Shown: in pieces, positions 25,701-43,225 of the stretch
How the letters are laid out: each line of letters begins with the position of its first letter
Numbering within the stretch: position 1 is the first letter of the stretch
Assembly: GCF_009914755.1 (NCBI RefSeq)
Contig: NC_060926.1
Direction: 5' to 3' (one strand)
DNA length: 64,000 nucleotides
Origin: the human T2T-CHM13v2.0 reference genome, Homo sapiens
Made by a program: the position numbers and the translations under genes
Notes under the pieces: model-generated
Told to the model about the DNA's origin: nothing
The model's input: the letters and a program-made list of their open reading frames with translations, nothing else
Database searches by the model: none

Positions 25701-26894
25701 ATGGAAACCTAAACTAAACTCATTTGTGAAGCCATAAACCACCAGAACAACTTTTCTGATCATAGAGCAAACAACAGGGGTGGCAATTACAAAACATGAA
25801 TAACTTGACACTATTACCTAAATTTCTGCTTATTAGTGGTTCTGCAACTCTGCTGACTAAATCCATAATAAGTCATGCTGATTACTGGGCATGCTGAATG
25901 ACAGGCCTTACTCATTCCTCTGTCTCCACCACAGACCCTGGCTCAATAGCAGGTGTTTAGTAGACGCTGGGAGGGAAGGAGGAAGAAGTTTATCAGATTT
26001 TGCTATGAAAACAAATATGGCCAGCAACAGGCAAAAGGGCAATGATAGCAACTAGAGTGACTCATTTCTGCAATTCCCTGAACTTGACACGTCAACACCA
26101 AGGTCATCATTGGGGGAAACACAGAACAAACACTTTTAGCACTGGTGACTATGGACATAATATGCCCTCAATTTATAGAGGCCTCTGAAGGGTACAGTTT
26201 AACTTCTGGTCAATTCAAAGCAGTAAAATGGGCATTTTACCAGCAATGACTAATGATAATCACTGCCATTTATTTGTGCTAAAATGACCTAAGCAGTTGC
26301 ATGTGTTAGGACCAATACTCACCATGTCCTGGAAGTAAGTACTATTATCTTGCTTTACTGATGAGGAAAGCAAGACCTATAACAAGGTTTAGTGACTTGT
26401 TCAAGGTCACAGAACAAACAAACAGCTCTTGGTCTTTGCCTGATGATATATACCACTCCCCTGATTCTCTTAACAAATGTTGAAGTGAGCACCTTCTATC
26501 TGCGAGTAAATGAAAAGATGTATCAAGCATAAACCTTACCATCGAGAGGCTTCACTAGTGAAGGTTACAGACGTACCCAACTACCACCTACAGGCAAAAT
26601 GAGCCCCAGCTAAAACCACAGGCAGCAGTGCTGTGGGATGGTAATTATTAATAATTCTGCGAGCATGAGTGAAGGCTCAGGTGGTGCCTTGAAGGAGCTG
26701 AAGGTTTCTCCAAGGCCAAGGACAATGGGAAGAGGTTTTCTTCTGAGGGAACCCCATGAGCAAGGGGCACCTCGGAGTCTGAGCTATCAGCTAATGAGGC
26801 TGCACTTCAGAGGTATCAAATAAAAGGGCACAAGAATAGGATGGAGCCCCACACCCTCAGTGTTTTGGGAACACAGAGAGATACCTTAAAAGCA

Positions 26895-27229
<335 letters not shown>

Positions 27230-28973
27230 CTACACAAACACGGCACTCCAAGAACGTCCATCCTCTCCCACCTAACTCTCAAACTTCATGTCCACACCTT
27301 GCTGATGTTATACTAAGATTAAAAAGGAACTACTTCTCCAAACCCTCCCTTGGGTGCTGAGTTGACAAGGTAATTGACAGAATATGTCTTCTCTCAAGGG
27401 TCAAACAGTATTAACGTTTAAAGATCCTGGCTGAGTCAGCTTCTGAAGCCACTCATTGCATCTTAAAGATGTCTGACCCTTAAGAATAACTGTTTCTAAA
27501 ATTCCCATTTAGTTGCTCTAGATTTCCACTATAAACCCACCACTCACAATTCTCTTGCTTTATATAAGTCATCATAATATCCTAATAGCATATTAATTTC
27601 TAATCCAGAAAGAGCTGTGAGTAGGTAGAAAACAACAAACCAATAATTGGATCTGTAACTTGAAGTCTTTTTATCATGAGCAGTTTTGGGAGAGCAATTT
27701 TGCTCTTTGCTAAGTGAAGCAATTCAGAATGCTAGGAATACTAAATTATGGACATGAATTATTTATGAGTAATAAAGCATAATTTAGCATAATGTTACTA
27801 TTTGAGTTATAAAATAAGGTACTTTCAAGAAAAGTCACTGTAAGGTCCAAGGTTAGCCTAATTAGATCTGGAGAACCCGTCACCACAGCTCCTGCTTTCC
27901 CACTTGCCCCCATCAGCATTTTATGCAATCATTATAAAACTTACAAAGGGAACATGGAAGAAACACCACCAAAACTAAGAATTCTCTGTCCAAAAATAAA
28001 ACATACAATCATCATTAAACCCATTTTCTGAAATGACCACCTCATAGATTCTTGGGTATGATTACACTCTCCATTACCTACTTAGGGACAGCAAATAGGT
28101 TTTGCATTCACTTGTACTTTTTCATTACAAGAAATGGAGATTCCAACCCCGAATGGCCTAAGCAAAAAGGAAATGTATTCACTCATGTCACACACACCAA
28201 CAAATGTCTAGAACAAGACTATCTTCAGCTATAGCTTGATTTAAAGACTCTGCCAGCCATATACCTGTCTGTCCTGTCACAGAAATGGCTGCCACAGGTC
28301 CTGGTGTCATACCCAGAGTCCAGCCAGGAGGAAAGGAGTGGCATCTGGGTCCACTTGTCTCTTTTATCAAAAAAGGACAAACCTTCCCTGAACCCAGCTG
28401 CCCTCCCCACCCCAGCCTGATAAGCCTCTACTCACATTTCACCTGCCAGAAGTTTTCCATAGCCACCTGGACTGCAGGAAAGGCTGGGGAAAAGAAAAGG
28501 TAAAAGCTTTTTAAGTGAACGGCTTATCCAACCTCCACAGCAGGTGGAGGAAGGGAGAGGAGGCCATGAATATGGGTTGCGAAGCCTGCCCCCGGGCTCA
28601 ACCATGCAGCCTAGAGCCTAAAGAGCAATCCGTACATGTTAAAGCAGGATGGTGGTGGCTTCCAGGGGCAGAACCCCAGTCAAAAGAAAGAACTGCTAGG
28701 TTATATGACAGCTGACTCGTGAGTTGTGTTTTCTGTATTATAGAGCTGTCAAAAAGCAAGGGACTACTTGACCAGAGTAAAAGAAAACTCACCAACTAAA
28801 AATTTTTCAAAGGCAGTGATTGACTTATGGGGCCAAAAAGGAGGTAGAATCATAGCATGCTACTCGGCTCATCATGATACAATTTTTATGCAGTAAAAAT
28901 TATAAATACATTTGATACAAATTTAACCAAAGATTGTAATACTAAGAAATTTGGAGGCGTGGAAGTGAAAAGC

Positions 28974-29465
28974 TGTGAAGGATCAGAGATTTTACCCTAC
29001 TTGCGAGGTAACAAGTTAGTCAGCCAGTTTCATGAATGCTGGCAGAAGACATGAGATTTTTGGGTCAGAGACAAAGGGCGATTTATTACTCACAGCAATA
29101 GTAGTAGCCAGAGAATCAGCATTTCTGCCTTGGTTTCCTAAGTCCCCATTCCCCTGGCCATCCAAAGAAGTGCAGATGAAAATTGCAGACACAGTGAGTT
29201 ACACTACAGGAGAGGAACCCAAGCTTAGGGAAGCTGATTTTTTCACAATGGGCAATAAGCCCATAACATCTCTATCTTCCAAAGCTATAAGCAAACTGCC
29301 TTTTGCTCTGGCGGAAGACACTATATCATCCAAGACTATACAAACATCCTTGAAAAAGTAGTCAGAAAGAAAGCGAGTTAGTACCTCTACTTGCAAGATG
29401 GCCAGAAATGTGTGAGACCCAGGAAGAATCATCTCCCAGAAAGGAAGAGAGTAAAAATCTCCACT
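28974..29465 (-). mobile_element. ERV-type solo LTR (family uncertain)
   Basis: tgtgaaggatcagagattttaccctacttgc...gggtcagagacaaagggcgatttattactcacagc resembles a reversed LTR U5/R with AATAAA on the minus strand. Confidence 0.6.
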
Positions 29466-31089
29466 TGCTAAAATAGGTCCACAGAAATGCCAAAACGTGA
29501 TGGCTTTTAGAAATGGGGTTGACAAAAAAAGCACAGATAAAATGTTGGGAAGAGTTGCTTCTCGGGTAAGAAGTAGCCATGGGAGGTGGAGAGAGGGAAA
29601 AGGACCCACAGGGATCTGTTTTTTGTGATCAACTTTAGCACTATTTCACTTAAATCATGAGCACATATTATGCTGATAAACAAAATCAATGTTAAAATAT
29701 GTATAAGTTTAATAACAATGCACAATGAATGTATATTCATCTGCATATACAATTTCAACAATGTCATGAAAATGCTGAACATCAGAGGCCTCTCTAAAAG
29801 TGATGCAGTGTGGCTGTGACAAAGTGAATATGGCGAAGGTGGCAAAACTCGTTCTTAAATGCCATTCAACTGTGCAATGCATGATTCAGGTAACAGCTCA
29901 GTAAAGTTATTCCAAGTGGAGGTTAATTCATTATAAATCACATACTGTGACCAGCACCCTACTTAGATACCCTGGACTTTTTCATCAGAAAAGACATCAG
30001 TGTGGTAAAAGGCAGAACCTAGCTTATCAACCAATAATGTAATGTTTAACTCTATGCAAGGCACCATGGGATGACATAAAAGTATCAAGACAATTCCCAA
30101 ACTTAAGGAGCTTAATTATTGGTTGCCAACAGCACCCACCAACTCTAATTAACAAACAGAAAAGGGATTTACATGGGGAAGAGTTCTGAGTTCAGCTGAC
30201 TGGAAGACTGGCAAAACAAGCTCAGGAAGGGCATAGGAACCAAGGAAGGCCAGATACTGGAAACACAGCAGAGAGCATGGCCAGACCACTCCAATAACAA
30301 AGCCACTACCGGCCGCTCAACACCAAGGCACCTGACTTCTGGCTGCGCAGCAAGCTCCCCACTGCGCACCAGACACTGCTGTCATCTCCAATGCGAAGGA
30401 ACCTCAAAAGACACTCCTGCCAGACTCACAACCCCAAGCAGGAGCTTCTCACTGGTTCTGCTTCAGTTATGTGCCTCGGCCCGAGCTGCAAGCATCTTGA
30501 GAAATAAGTTTCTTCCAGCCTCCCAGAGCCCTGCTTCCCCTCCCACCAAGACACAAATGGTGGGTGTCTCCAAACTCATGAAGAGGTTCAAAGGTCGGCT
30601 GCCAGAAAACAAATCAAAATGAATGTCATCTTGGTGGGTGTACCGAATACACATAAAAAGTCAATAATCGACCTATGACAAATTAGAAATAATCTCTCTA
30701 GTCCTTATAAATTTCCTCCTTATACAAATTCCTAGATTCTCTCAGTCCTTCTACCGGGGAATATATTAATCTTCAAAATATTCCTAAACAGGAAAGAGTA
30801 ATTAGGTAATATATTACTTGGAGTTTGGAAGAGAAATAATTTTAGTTCTCCCACCACCCAAATCCCTCAGCTGTAACTATTTCTCCACTGGAGACATTCA
30901 TAGACACTCTACATATTTCCTGCAACAGACATTGAGCAGCAATGGAAGAAATGACCTTCAATCTTCATCAAAGTATTAATCCTGTTCTAATGTCTTATAA
31001 TACTAAGCAACAGATTATCTTCCTTTCAGGACTCAGACACACCGCCCCACTCCCTCCTCCCTGCTACCACACACGCACACTCTCTTTGG

Positions 31090-31730
<641 letters not shown>

Positions 31731-32089
31731 GTCTAGAGACTCAGCTCACTTCCCCAAATGACTAGCACTGTGACATCCTCTCCAACTGCCCACTCCTGAG
31801 AGGCCTGCTGCCACTCAAAGGAACTCAGAGGTCCAGAAACTTCCAGGGAGGCCTGCTTCAGGGATGGGGCTTCCTTGAGGAAAACAAGATGAGAGAGGTG
31901 GGGGAAACGTTCACAGTTCATCTCTCCCTAGTGCACATGAATGAGTTCAGAGGAAAAGATACAGTTAGAAAAACTAATAGCTTGTGCTTTTATGACCAAA
32001 TGTTATGGCTTCCTAAATTTTAACAGCCAAATGTACCACAAAGTTACACATTTTAACTTTATTTCAAATAAACACCCAAGCAAATATAG

Positions 32090-32832
<743 letters not shown>

Positions 32833-33776
32833 TATATCGGCAATTTATAAAGGAGAAAAGTCACAAATCAAGGTGAAGGATGGATTTCATTTACCACAAG
32901 AAAAGCCACTGAATTCTTCAGAGCCTTGAGCAAACTATGAAAAAACCCAATCCTTCCCTCTGACACAATTAAGAACTTCATGACTTTGGCTTTCTTTACA
33001 CAGCTATTCTCAAGGCTGACTAATTAGACCTTGTATAATCACAGTTGTGGCCATTCCCACCAGTGTAAAGCCTAATACTAGCAAAATGCAAATATCAGTG
33101 AAACGGAAATACACTACTAAAGTAAAGACAGGGCCCTGGATAACGACTTTGAGAGACAACTTCCTCATTCATTTATTCAAGAAACCCTGACTACCCATCT
33201 ACCTGGTCCAGGCAATCGGTGCCCCAGGGGTGGGTGACAAAACGGAGGAGATCAGGTCCCACACTCCAGGCGCTCACAGTGTGGCTGGCGGGAATGGTAG
33301 TCAGGGGTGGGGGAGGCACTCTGCCAATCGCTGGGGAAATAGGAGGGCAGTGGTTCATACAAACAGCAGTGAGGGCCTCAGCAGGGAGCAGCCAACTCTC
33401 CCAGAGCAGGACTTTGGGGAGAACAGGGGAGAAATCAAAATGCCTGGTGAGTTCCAAGAACAAGGGTAGCAAAGCCCCCTCTTCATCTCTCTGCTGCTGG
33501 CCTTCTGCAGAAAAGGGGATCTCAAGTCAGCACCTGTCATTCCACAAGTAGACCCGTGTCCCTGGAGGAGCAGTCAAGTCACTGAGTCTGCCTAGCGTAG
33601 GCACCAAACATCAAGAAGCCCTTGTGGCTGTACTGAGAGCCCCATTCTCCAATCCGGGTTTCTCAGCCATGAAGCTGATATTTTGCTTTCCCTCTGTTTG
33701 ACTCCTCTCTGGTTCTGAACTTGGGAAGAGAAAATGAATGTTATTCATTGTATTTCCAAACAACTCTATTGTAAAT

Positions 33777-33840
33777 ACACACACACGTGCATGTACACAT
33801 ACACATGCTCATACAGACATGCACACATGCGCACGTACAC
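33777..33840. repeat. Degenerate CA/TG purine-pyrimidine alternating tract
   Basis: acacacacacgtgcatgtacacatacacatgc...gcacacatgcgcacgtacac. Confidence 0.85.
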
Positions 33841-34119
33841 CCTTGTCAGACAACCCTAGGTGCCGCCAGGCTTCTCCAATAGACAGCACTATGCTGACAG
33901 TCCCTTTCCTTCTCCAATGCTCATGCCCATCTCTTGGCAACCTGGCTTCCTTGTTTACCACTCTGACAAAATGTTCTCTGCAGAGTCACAAAGTGACATC
34001 CTAAACACCAACTCCAATGAACAGTCTCCTCAGCCTTGACCCTGGCTGGCATGTAACATCGCTGGTCACACCTTCTTGAAGTGTTGTATTTGCCTTTCTG
34101 TATCCTTGTACAATCCTTG

Positions 34120-34601
34120 CTCCACATCCTAATCCCTAGAACCTGTGCACGTTACCTTAATAAGCAACAAATAGGATTGAGGCAGGGGCTGCAGTGGATA
34201 TCTTTGCAGATGTGATTAATTTCAGAACCGTAGCAGGAGTGATGACCCTGAGTTATCCAGGTGGGCCTTAAATGCCATCACAAGTGTCCTCATAAGAGAC
34301 AGGTGGAGGGAGATTTGACACAGGGAGAAGTAGAGAGAGATTTGAAGATGCCAGCCTTAAAGACTGGAGTGATATGCCCATGAGCCAAGGAATGCCAGCA
34401 GCCACCAAGAACAGAAGAAACAAAGAAAGTATTCTTCCCTACACCTCTGCAGGAGCACAGCCCTGCTGACCCTTCACTTCAGCCCAGCGATCCTGATTTT
34501 GGACTTCTGGTCTCCAGAAATGTGAAAGAATAAATAGATCTTGTTATTAGAAGCCACCAAGTTTGCAGTCATTTGTTACAACAGCCAGAGAAAATGAATA
34601 C
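34120..34601 (+). mobile_element. MLT1C/D LTR
   Basis: ccacatcctaatccctagaacctgtg...ggacttctggtctccagaaatgtgaaagaataaa...gaaaatgaataca. Confidence 0.8.
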
Positions 34602-34707
34602 ATTCCCTTCAACTTTTCTGACCTCTATGTCTTCCACTAGTTCCTTATCATCTTCCTACCCCAAGAGAAGTCATTCTCCAAATTCTGTCCTTTGCCGTTT
34701 CCCCTCC

Positions 34708-35111
34708 TTAGTCTGCTTGGGCTGCCATAACAAAATACCACAGGCTGGGGGACTTCAACACCATGAATTTATTTCTCACAGCTTTGGAGGCTGGAAGTCC
34801 AAGATCCAGGGGCTGGGAGGGTTGGTGTCTGGGGAGGGCTCCCCGTGGGTTCCAGATGGCTGCCTCCTCACTGCGTCCTCACACGGCCGTTCCTCAGTGC
34901 AGAGGGTGGAGGCAGAGAAGAAGCAAGCCCTCTGGTGTCTCTTCTTATAAGTGCACAATCCCATCACGAGAGTCCTGCCCTCATCACCTCATCATCCTCA
35001 TGACCTTGTGTAAACTGAGCCACCTCCCAAAGCCTCCCCCTCCAAATACCATCACACTGTGGGTGACAGCTTCACATATTTATTTTGAGGAATACAATTC
35101 AGTCCAAAGCA
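34708..35111 (-). mobile_element. MLT1A/B LTR
   Basis: tagtctgcttgggctgccataacaaaataccacagg...ttcagtccaaagca. Confidence 0.82.
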
Positions 35112-35575
35112 GTTCCTCTCTCCTCCTCATGATCCCAGGCTACTTCACCCATCCACCACATTGCCTCAGTCATTGCCCTAAAGCAAAACACTCCCAAATC
35201 CATCTTTCTTCCAGCACCTCAGTCACGTTCCAGTTGCAGGTTTCCAACTGATCATCAGTTGTCTCCTTCCCAAAGTACTGCCAGGCCATAACCCAGCATC
35301 TTCACACTGAAGACATCTCTGGACCCCCCTGTGCCTCAGCCTCCACAGTGCCACAGAACCCTTGCTTTGTCTCTAATCCCTTATTTCTTTTAGAGATTCT
35401 GCCCTCCCCACCCTCTAGGCTCTGGAACTCTTTACTCTCCCTCTTCATCCAGAAACCTTGAGTATTAGCAGATACTGATATGGGCCCTGCTTGAAGAGTA
35501 AGACATTTAAAAAAATAAATTTTAACATTGGTTTAAAACTCCAGCAATTGTAGGTGATCAAAAACTGAAACCTTT

Positions 35576-35879
35576 CCAGACGTGGTGGCTCATGCCTGTA
35601 ATCCCAGCACTTTGGCAGGCCAAGGCGGGTGGATCACCTGAGGTCAGGAGTTCGAGACCACCCTGGCCAACATGGCGAAACCCCATCTCTACTAAAAATA
35701 GAAAAAAATTAGCCGGGCATGGAAGCATGTGCCTGTAATCCTGGCTACTCAGGAGGTTGAGGCAGGAGAATTGCTTGAGCCCAAGAGGCAGAGGTTGCAG
35801 TGAGCCAAGATTGCAACACTGCACTCCAGCCTGGGCAACAAGAGCAAAAACTACATCAAAAAAAAAAAAAAAAAAAAAA
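35576..35879 (+). mobile_element. AluS
   Basis: Full dimer with A tail. Confidence 0.92.
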
Positions 35880-36199
35880 CCTGAAACTGAGCCTACAGCA
35901 TGATGGAGCTTTTAAAAACAAATCAACCTTGACCTGCTTTGGTAGGAATTACTGTGAATTCCATACCTGTCAGATAGCAGGTCTACTATATTCTCTGTTG
36001 ATGACATGACTTAGAAGACACCTCTGGGCACTGCTTTAAACAGGACACCTTTAGGTCCAGACAAGGTTGGCCAGGAGAGTGGGTTTCCTCCTACATGAGG
36101 AACAGCTGAAGAGTCTGGGGATGTTCAGTCTTTGGAAGAGGTGACAAAACAACACAATAAGCTCGCACTGCAGATCTGTCTTGTGAACAATGGAGATGG

Positions 36200-36435
36200 G
36201 TCCCATGGTTGAGAGTAGAGGCTCTGAGTCAAGTAGGGCAGAGTGTGAATACTCTATCTCTTATGAGCTTGGAAACTTAGGAAAGCTCCCTAACTTTTCT
36301 GAGTCTTAAAATCCCCATCTACAAAGTGGGGATGATAATGTTACCTCAGGGCAATGTTGCAAGAATGAAGTGTGATCTGTGGGAAGCACTTAGCACAGTG
36401 CCCAGCATACTATGTGCTTGCTAAGTGTTAGCTAA
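36200..36435. mobile_element. MIR
   Basis: ccccatctacaaagtggggatgataat...gcacttagcacagtgcccagca. Confidence 0.72.
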
Positions 36436-37268
36436 GAAAATAATGACTATAAAAGAGGAGTTAGAAAAAGGTAAACCATTCAATTAACCATTAAAAAAGC
36501 TTTCTGAAATTGGGACTGGGCAACATAAACTGGGTCTCGCTAAGTTATTAGAATCCCAGTACTAGAAGTATTCAAACAAAAGCTGAAGAACTATTGGAAT
36601 TGACCTAAAGAGGGTAACGAATCTCTAATGATGGCATCTGGGAAGAATGGCACTGCCCATACTGGAGAACTAAAGGACTAGTGTCATTATCATGGTGACT
36701 TTATCACTTAAAGGTACTGAGATTTACTTACCACTAAGAACTTATTTCACCAGAAATAAATCACATCTGTCCTTGCTTTGGATAAAAAAATGGCCATCTT
36801 TTGTAATGCAGAATTCATTCCCTAAGAATGCTCTCTTTATGGGACATGTAAAGTTTAAGCTTCTCCTTTCAGGAGACTGGTACATCAATTACTCTGTAAT
36901 AAATATCTATTCAGTTCTGATACCATATCTCCTCATTCACACTGAAGAATAACCTGGGATTAGATCCAAACTCTCACAAAATGACTATATACACACATTA
37001 TTCTTTAAAAAATATAGCAGAAAGTTTCCATTTTGAAAATGTACTTTATCAAATGAACAAAGATCAACTGACATCTAAAAATACTACAATGTCTCTAAGT
37101 ATAATTAACTGGAATGCCAGAAATCTCCCGGGATAAATAAAAGCATAATGTAAAAGGAACCCAGGTAAAAAGAAATACAAACTCCACGGTTTTCTGGAAA
37201 GAAAAAAACTGGTGGTGAAAGTTTTTTTATTTCCCTGAATTCCTCCTTAAAGACATCAGAAAAACTAA

Positions 37269-37625
<357 letters not shown>

Positions 37626-38027
37626 AAATTTTTAATCAAAAAGAAATGAAAAATAAAAATGATGTGGAAAAAAATACTAGATAAAAATGACAAGCAAAAA
37701 AGAGCCAACATACACATACATTATAAATCCCTAAGGAATTAAATCAAAGCAACAGAACAGAACAAATACTATAAAAACTGTAGTTTTCTTGAACTAGAAA
37801 GACATGAAACTACCTTTTACCTGAAAAAAGTTAACCCAGAAGAGCTATTACCAAGATACAGTTGTTTTATATAGTGTTTTCTGTGCCCAAAGTTCTTCTT
37901 AGTCAGCTTGAAGTTAAATTTTTTGAAGTTTCTATTCATGGTTTGTGCTTTCTGTGTCTTAAATTCAAAAGCCTTTCTTTTACTTCCAGGTCAAATGGAG
38001 AGTCTCATATTATTGTTTAAAAGTTTT

Positions 38028-38315
38028 GGTTGGGCATGGTAGCTCATGCCTGTAATTGGGAAGCCAAGGCAGGCAGATCACCTGAGGTCAGGAGTTCCAG
38101 ACCAGCCCGGCCAATATGGCGAAACCCCGTCTCTACTAAAAATACAAAAAATTAGCCAGGCGTGGTGGTGGGTGCCTGTAATCCCAGCTATCAGGAGGCT
38201 GAGGTAGGAGAATTTCTTGAACCCAGGAGGCGGAGGTTGCAGCAAGTCGAGATCATGCCATTGCACTCCAGCCTGGGCAACAAGAGAAAGACACCGTCTC
38301 AAAAAAAAAAAAAAA
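38028..38315 (+). mobile_element. AluS
   Basis: Dimer with a small left-arm deletion; TSD aaaagttt. Confidence 0.92.
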
Positions 38316-38913
38316 GTTTAAATTCTTTCTTTTCAGGTTTAGTTTCTTAAATCACATGGAATTTATATTTGTATATGTGGGAGGTACAAACTTATTTTAG
38401 TTTTTCCATATAGACAGCCAATTGTGGTGGTATCATTATTTCCCTCCCTGATGTGTGATGCTACCTCTCTCACATATCCAATTTCCATATATGTGGTTAC
38501 TATTTCTGGACTCCCTATTCAACTTTCCTGGTCTATTTGTTCCTAAAAATATCACAATCTCAACTGCCCTAGTTTTAGAAGTTTTGAGATACATATGCAC
38601 CTTGTTCTTGAAAATTATCTTGACTATTCTTAGCCCTTTATTCCTCCATCAACATTTCAGAGCTTACCAACTGCACTGGAAAAAGCCTATTGGAATTCTT
38701 AGTGAAACTGCATGTATTAGGGTTAATATAAGGAGAAATGACATCCTTATTAGATTGTCTTCCCAGCTCTGAACATGAGATTTCTCTCTATTCAGATCTT
38801 ATTTTATCATTTTAATAGCATTTTATAATTTTCTTCATGAAGGAATTATACCTATATTAGATTTATTCCTTTTGGTTTGTTGCTATGAGAAATGACATCA
38901 TTATGAAAATTAA

Positions 38914-39412
<499 letters not shown>

Positions 39413-39639
39413 TGATGGTTACTTTTTTCCTCCCCAATCCATATACAGTACCTTTCTTTCTTTTGCTTGCCCTACTATACTGGGTAGGACATCACGTATA
39501 ATAATAAGGAGAAGTGGTAACAGCAGACGTCCTTATCTTCATTTTAGATTTTTATGGGCTGAGTCTGCCTAATTTACCAGTTACAATTAATATTTTAGGT
39601 TAAATAACCTTTATCAGCAATTCCCAGCCTGGTTGCTAA

Positions 39640-40016
<377 letters not shown>

Positions 40017-40287
40017 TGAGCATGTTCATTTATTTATTTATTTTTATATAAACACAATGAGATTTAGTTTGCAAATATCTTATTAAAGACTTTTTGTATC
40101 TATATTCATGAGTGATACTGACCTATAAATTCTCTGTTGCCTTTGATTTAGGTATCACAGTAGTAGTAGTCCCAAAATGATATAGGAAGCTTTCCTTCTT
40201 TTTCTGTAGAATGGAGTGCATGAGATTGGGATTATCTGATCCTTGAACATTCATAAAAGCACTCATAAAGCCACTGCTGGCCTAGAT

Positions 40288-40517
40288 CAGAGTTTCTCAA
40301 CCATGGGCACCACTGACATTTTGAGCCAGATAATTCTTTGCTGTGAGGGGCTGTCCTGTGTACTCTACGATGTTTAACAGCATTCTTGCCCTCCACCCAG
40401 TAGATACCAGTAGCACCTCCATTCCCAACTGTGACAAACAGAAGTGTCTCTTGACATTGCTGGATGTCTCCAGGGAAGGGAGGGGGTGCAAAATCACCTC
40501 TGATCATGAACTACCGT
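40288..40517. mobile_element. MER20 (hAT-Charlie)
   Basis: cagagtttctcaacc...ggcaccactgacattttgagccagataattctttgctgtgaggggctgtcctgtg...gcaaaatcacc. Confidence 0.88.
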
Positions 40518-41420
40518 CTTGGATTAACATCTTTAATGGTCATAAACCATTCATGGCAAGTTATTCTAGTAAACTATGCACTTCATCCAAGTCTTCAAAT
40601 TTATGGGCATACAATTGTAAATAATGGTCTCATTTCCTAAATTTTCTCGTATTACTAATTACACTCCTCATTTCACTTCTAATTACCTTTCACTCATTTC
40701 TTTTCTTTTTCATTCAATCTTACCAGAGTTAAGCCCATTTTATTAGTCTTAAAATAAACAGCTTTTAGTTTTGTTGATTTCTCATATCTTTTTCTCTTTC
40801 ATTTATTTGTATTCTTCAAAGTTTTGTTTCCTTTCTTCTATTTATCTTGCATTTACAGTTTTTTTCTGTTTCTTATCTTCTTGTTTTGGACAGTTTTGTT
40901 TATCAACTTTCAATTTCTCATTGTAAGCTCTAAATATTGTTTAATATTTAATATAAATTTTATCCTTGAACTATTCAGAAATGTGTTGCTTAATTTCCCA
41001 ACATGTATTATGATATGTACAGGTATTTTAGCTATATTTGATTTCAAATTATTATTGCACTGTGGTCAGAGAACATTGTAAAATGCACATCCTTAGGAAT
41101 GTGATGAGAATTCGCTTGCATATGATGGAAGCAGTCACCTTTTACAAATATTCCATAATGTGCAAACATCCTTATTGGATGCATGGCTCCACATTGAGCC
41201 ACTGGATCAATATTCTTTAAACTAAAGGGTAACAACTCACTAGTAAGGCATAAAATGAATTTGGTAGGATGTGACCAGCACTTTTTTTAAATGAAAAAGG
41301 ATAGAAATTATCAAAGTGAAATTTTTTTCACATTTTAACAACTCTGGAATCAAGTATTAATAGCTCACAGAATGACTAGCATAGCGCACAGTTCAATAGC
41401 AGCAATTATTTTATTTTCTA

Positions 41421-41892
<472 letters not shown>

Positions 41893-42861
41893 TCAAATCT
41901 TCAATATTTTCATGAATTTTTTTTCTTTTTATCTATCAACTAGTAAAAGAGGTGCATTAAAGTCTACCACTGTAATTATGATATGTCTGTTTCTACCTAT
42001 AATCCCATCAATTTTTGTTTGAGTGCTCTGGGGTTTTGTTGTTTGGTATATGCAAATTCACAAATGTTTTATCTTCTGGGTGGTTGGAACTTTTGTTTAT
42101 ATGGTAACACCCTTTATGCCTAATAATGCTTTTTGTTTTCAAATCTATTTTCACTAATTAAATAGCTACATCAACTTTATCTTGTTATTATTTGCCAGAT
42201 CATCTTCTTCTATCCCTACATTTAAGGAATTCTGTGGTCTTACGTTTTAAATTTGTCTCCTATTAACAGCATACAGCTTGATTTTTTTTTAATGCAATCT
42301 ATCTCTGACTTTTACCTGATAGCTTTAATTCATTTACACTTTTGGTAATTTCTGAAACATCTGGATTTGTTTCTACATTTTATTTTGCACTTTCTATGCT
42401 ATTTGTATTATGTATTTCACTTCTGCTGTCTACTGATTAAGGGAAGTTTCCTAATTCTTTTTCTCCATCTAATGATTTGAAAGGTATGTACCCCATCCCT
42501 CCCATCAGCTCCAAAACAGTTTCAGATGCCTCTAAAAACACTGACTATTTTCTATTTCCTCTCTTTTCTGCTTTTGGAATTCTTACTTGTTTGTATTGGA
42601 GCTTATCCTATCCTCCATGTTTTTTAGTAAACGTGAACTTGAGAATCCCTGTTCCATATTCTGGATAAGCTCCTCTGATGTAGAGTTCGATTCTCTAGTT
42701 ATTCCTCATTGGTTTCTGATTCACATACTATATTTTTCAATACAAATTGTTCTTCTGACACTTCCAGGGAAATATCGCAGGATGGTTCCTCATGTACTTT
42801 TGCTTCCTCTAAAAACCCCACTAAACTAAGAACAGAGGGGTGTTTTTAAAAAGACGAATCC

Positions 42862-43155
42862 AGCCAGGCACGGTGGCTCATGCCTGTAATTCCAGCACTT
42901 TAGGAGGCTAAGGCGGGCGGATGACCTGAGGTCATGAGTTCGAGACTAGCCTGGCCAATATGGTGAAACCCCATCTCTACTAAAAATACAAAAATCAGCT
43001 GGGCGTGGTGTCAGGTGACTGTAATCTCAGCTACTTGGGAGGCTGAGGCAGGAGAATTGTTTGAACCCAGGAGGCAGAGGTTGCAGTGAGCTGAGAGACC
43101 GTGACACTGCACTCCAGCCTGGGTGACAAGAACAAAACTCTGTCTCGAAAATACA

Positions 43156-43194
<39 letters not shown>

Positions 43195-43225
43195 ATACAT
43201 AAATACATAAATAAAGTAAAAAATA
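42862..43225 (+). mobile_element. AluS with (TAAA)n tail
   Basis: Full dimer; TSD aaaagacgaatcca/aaaagacaaaccca. Confidence 0.92.
43156..43195 (+). repeat. (TAAA)10 tetranucleotide STR
   Basis: Read directly in the Alu tail. Confidence 0.93.
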
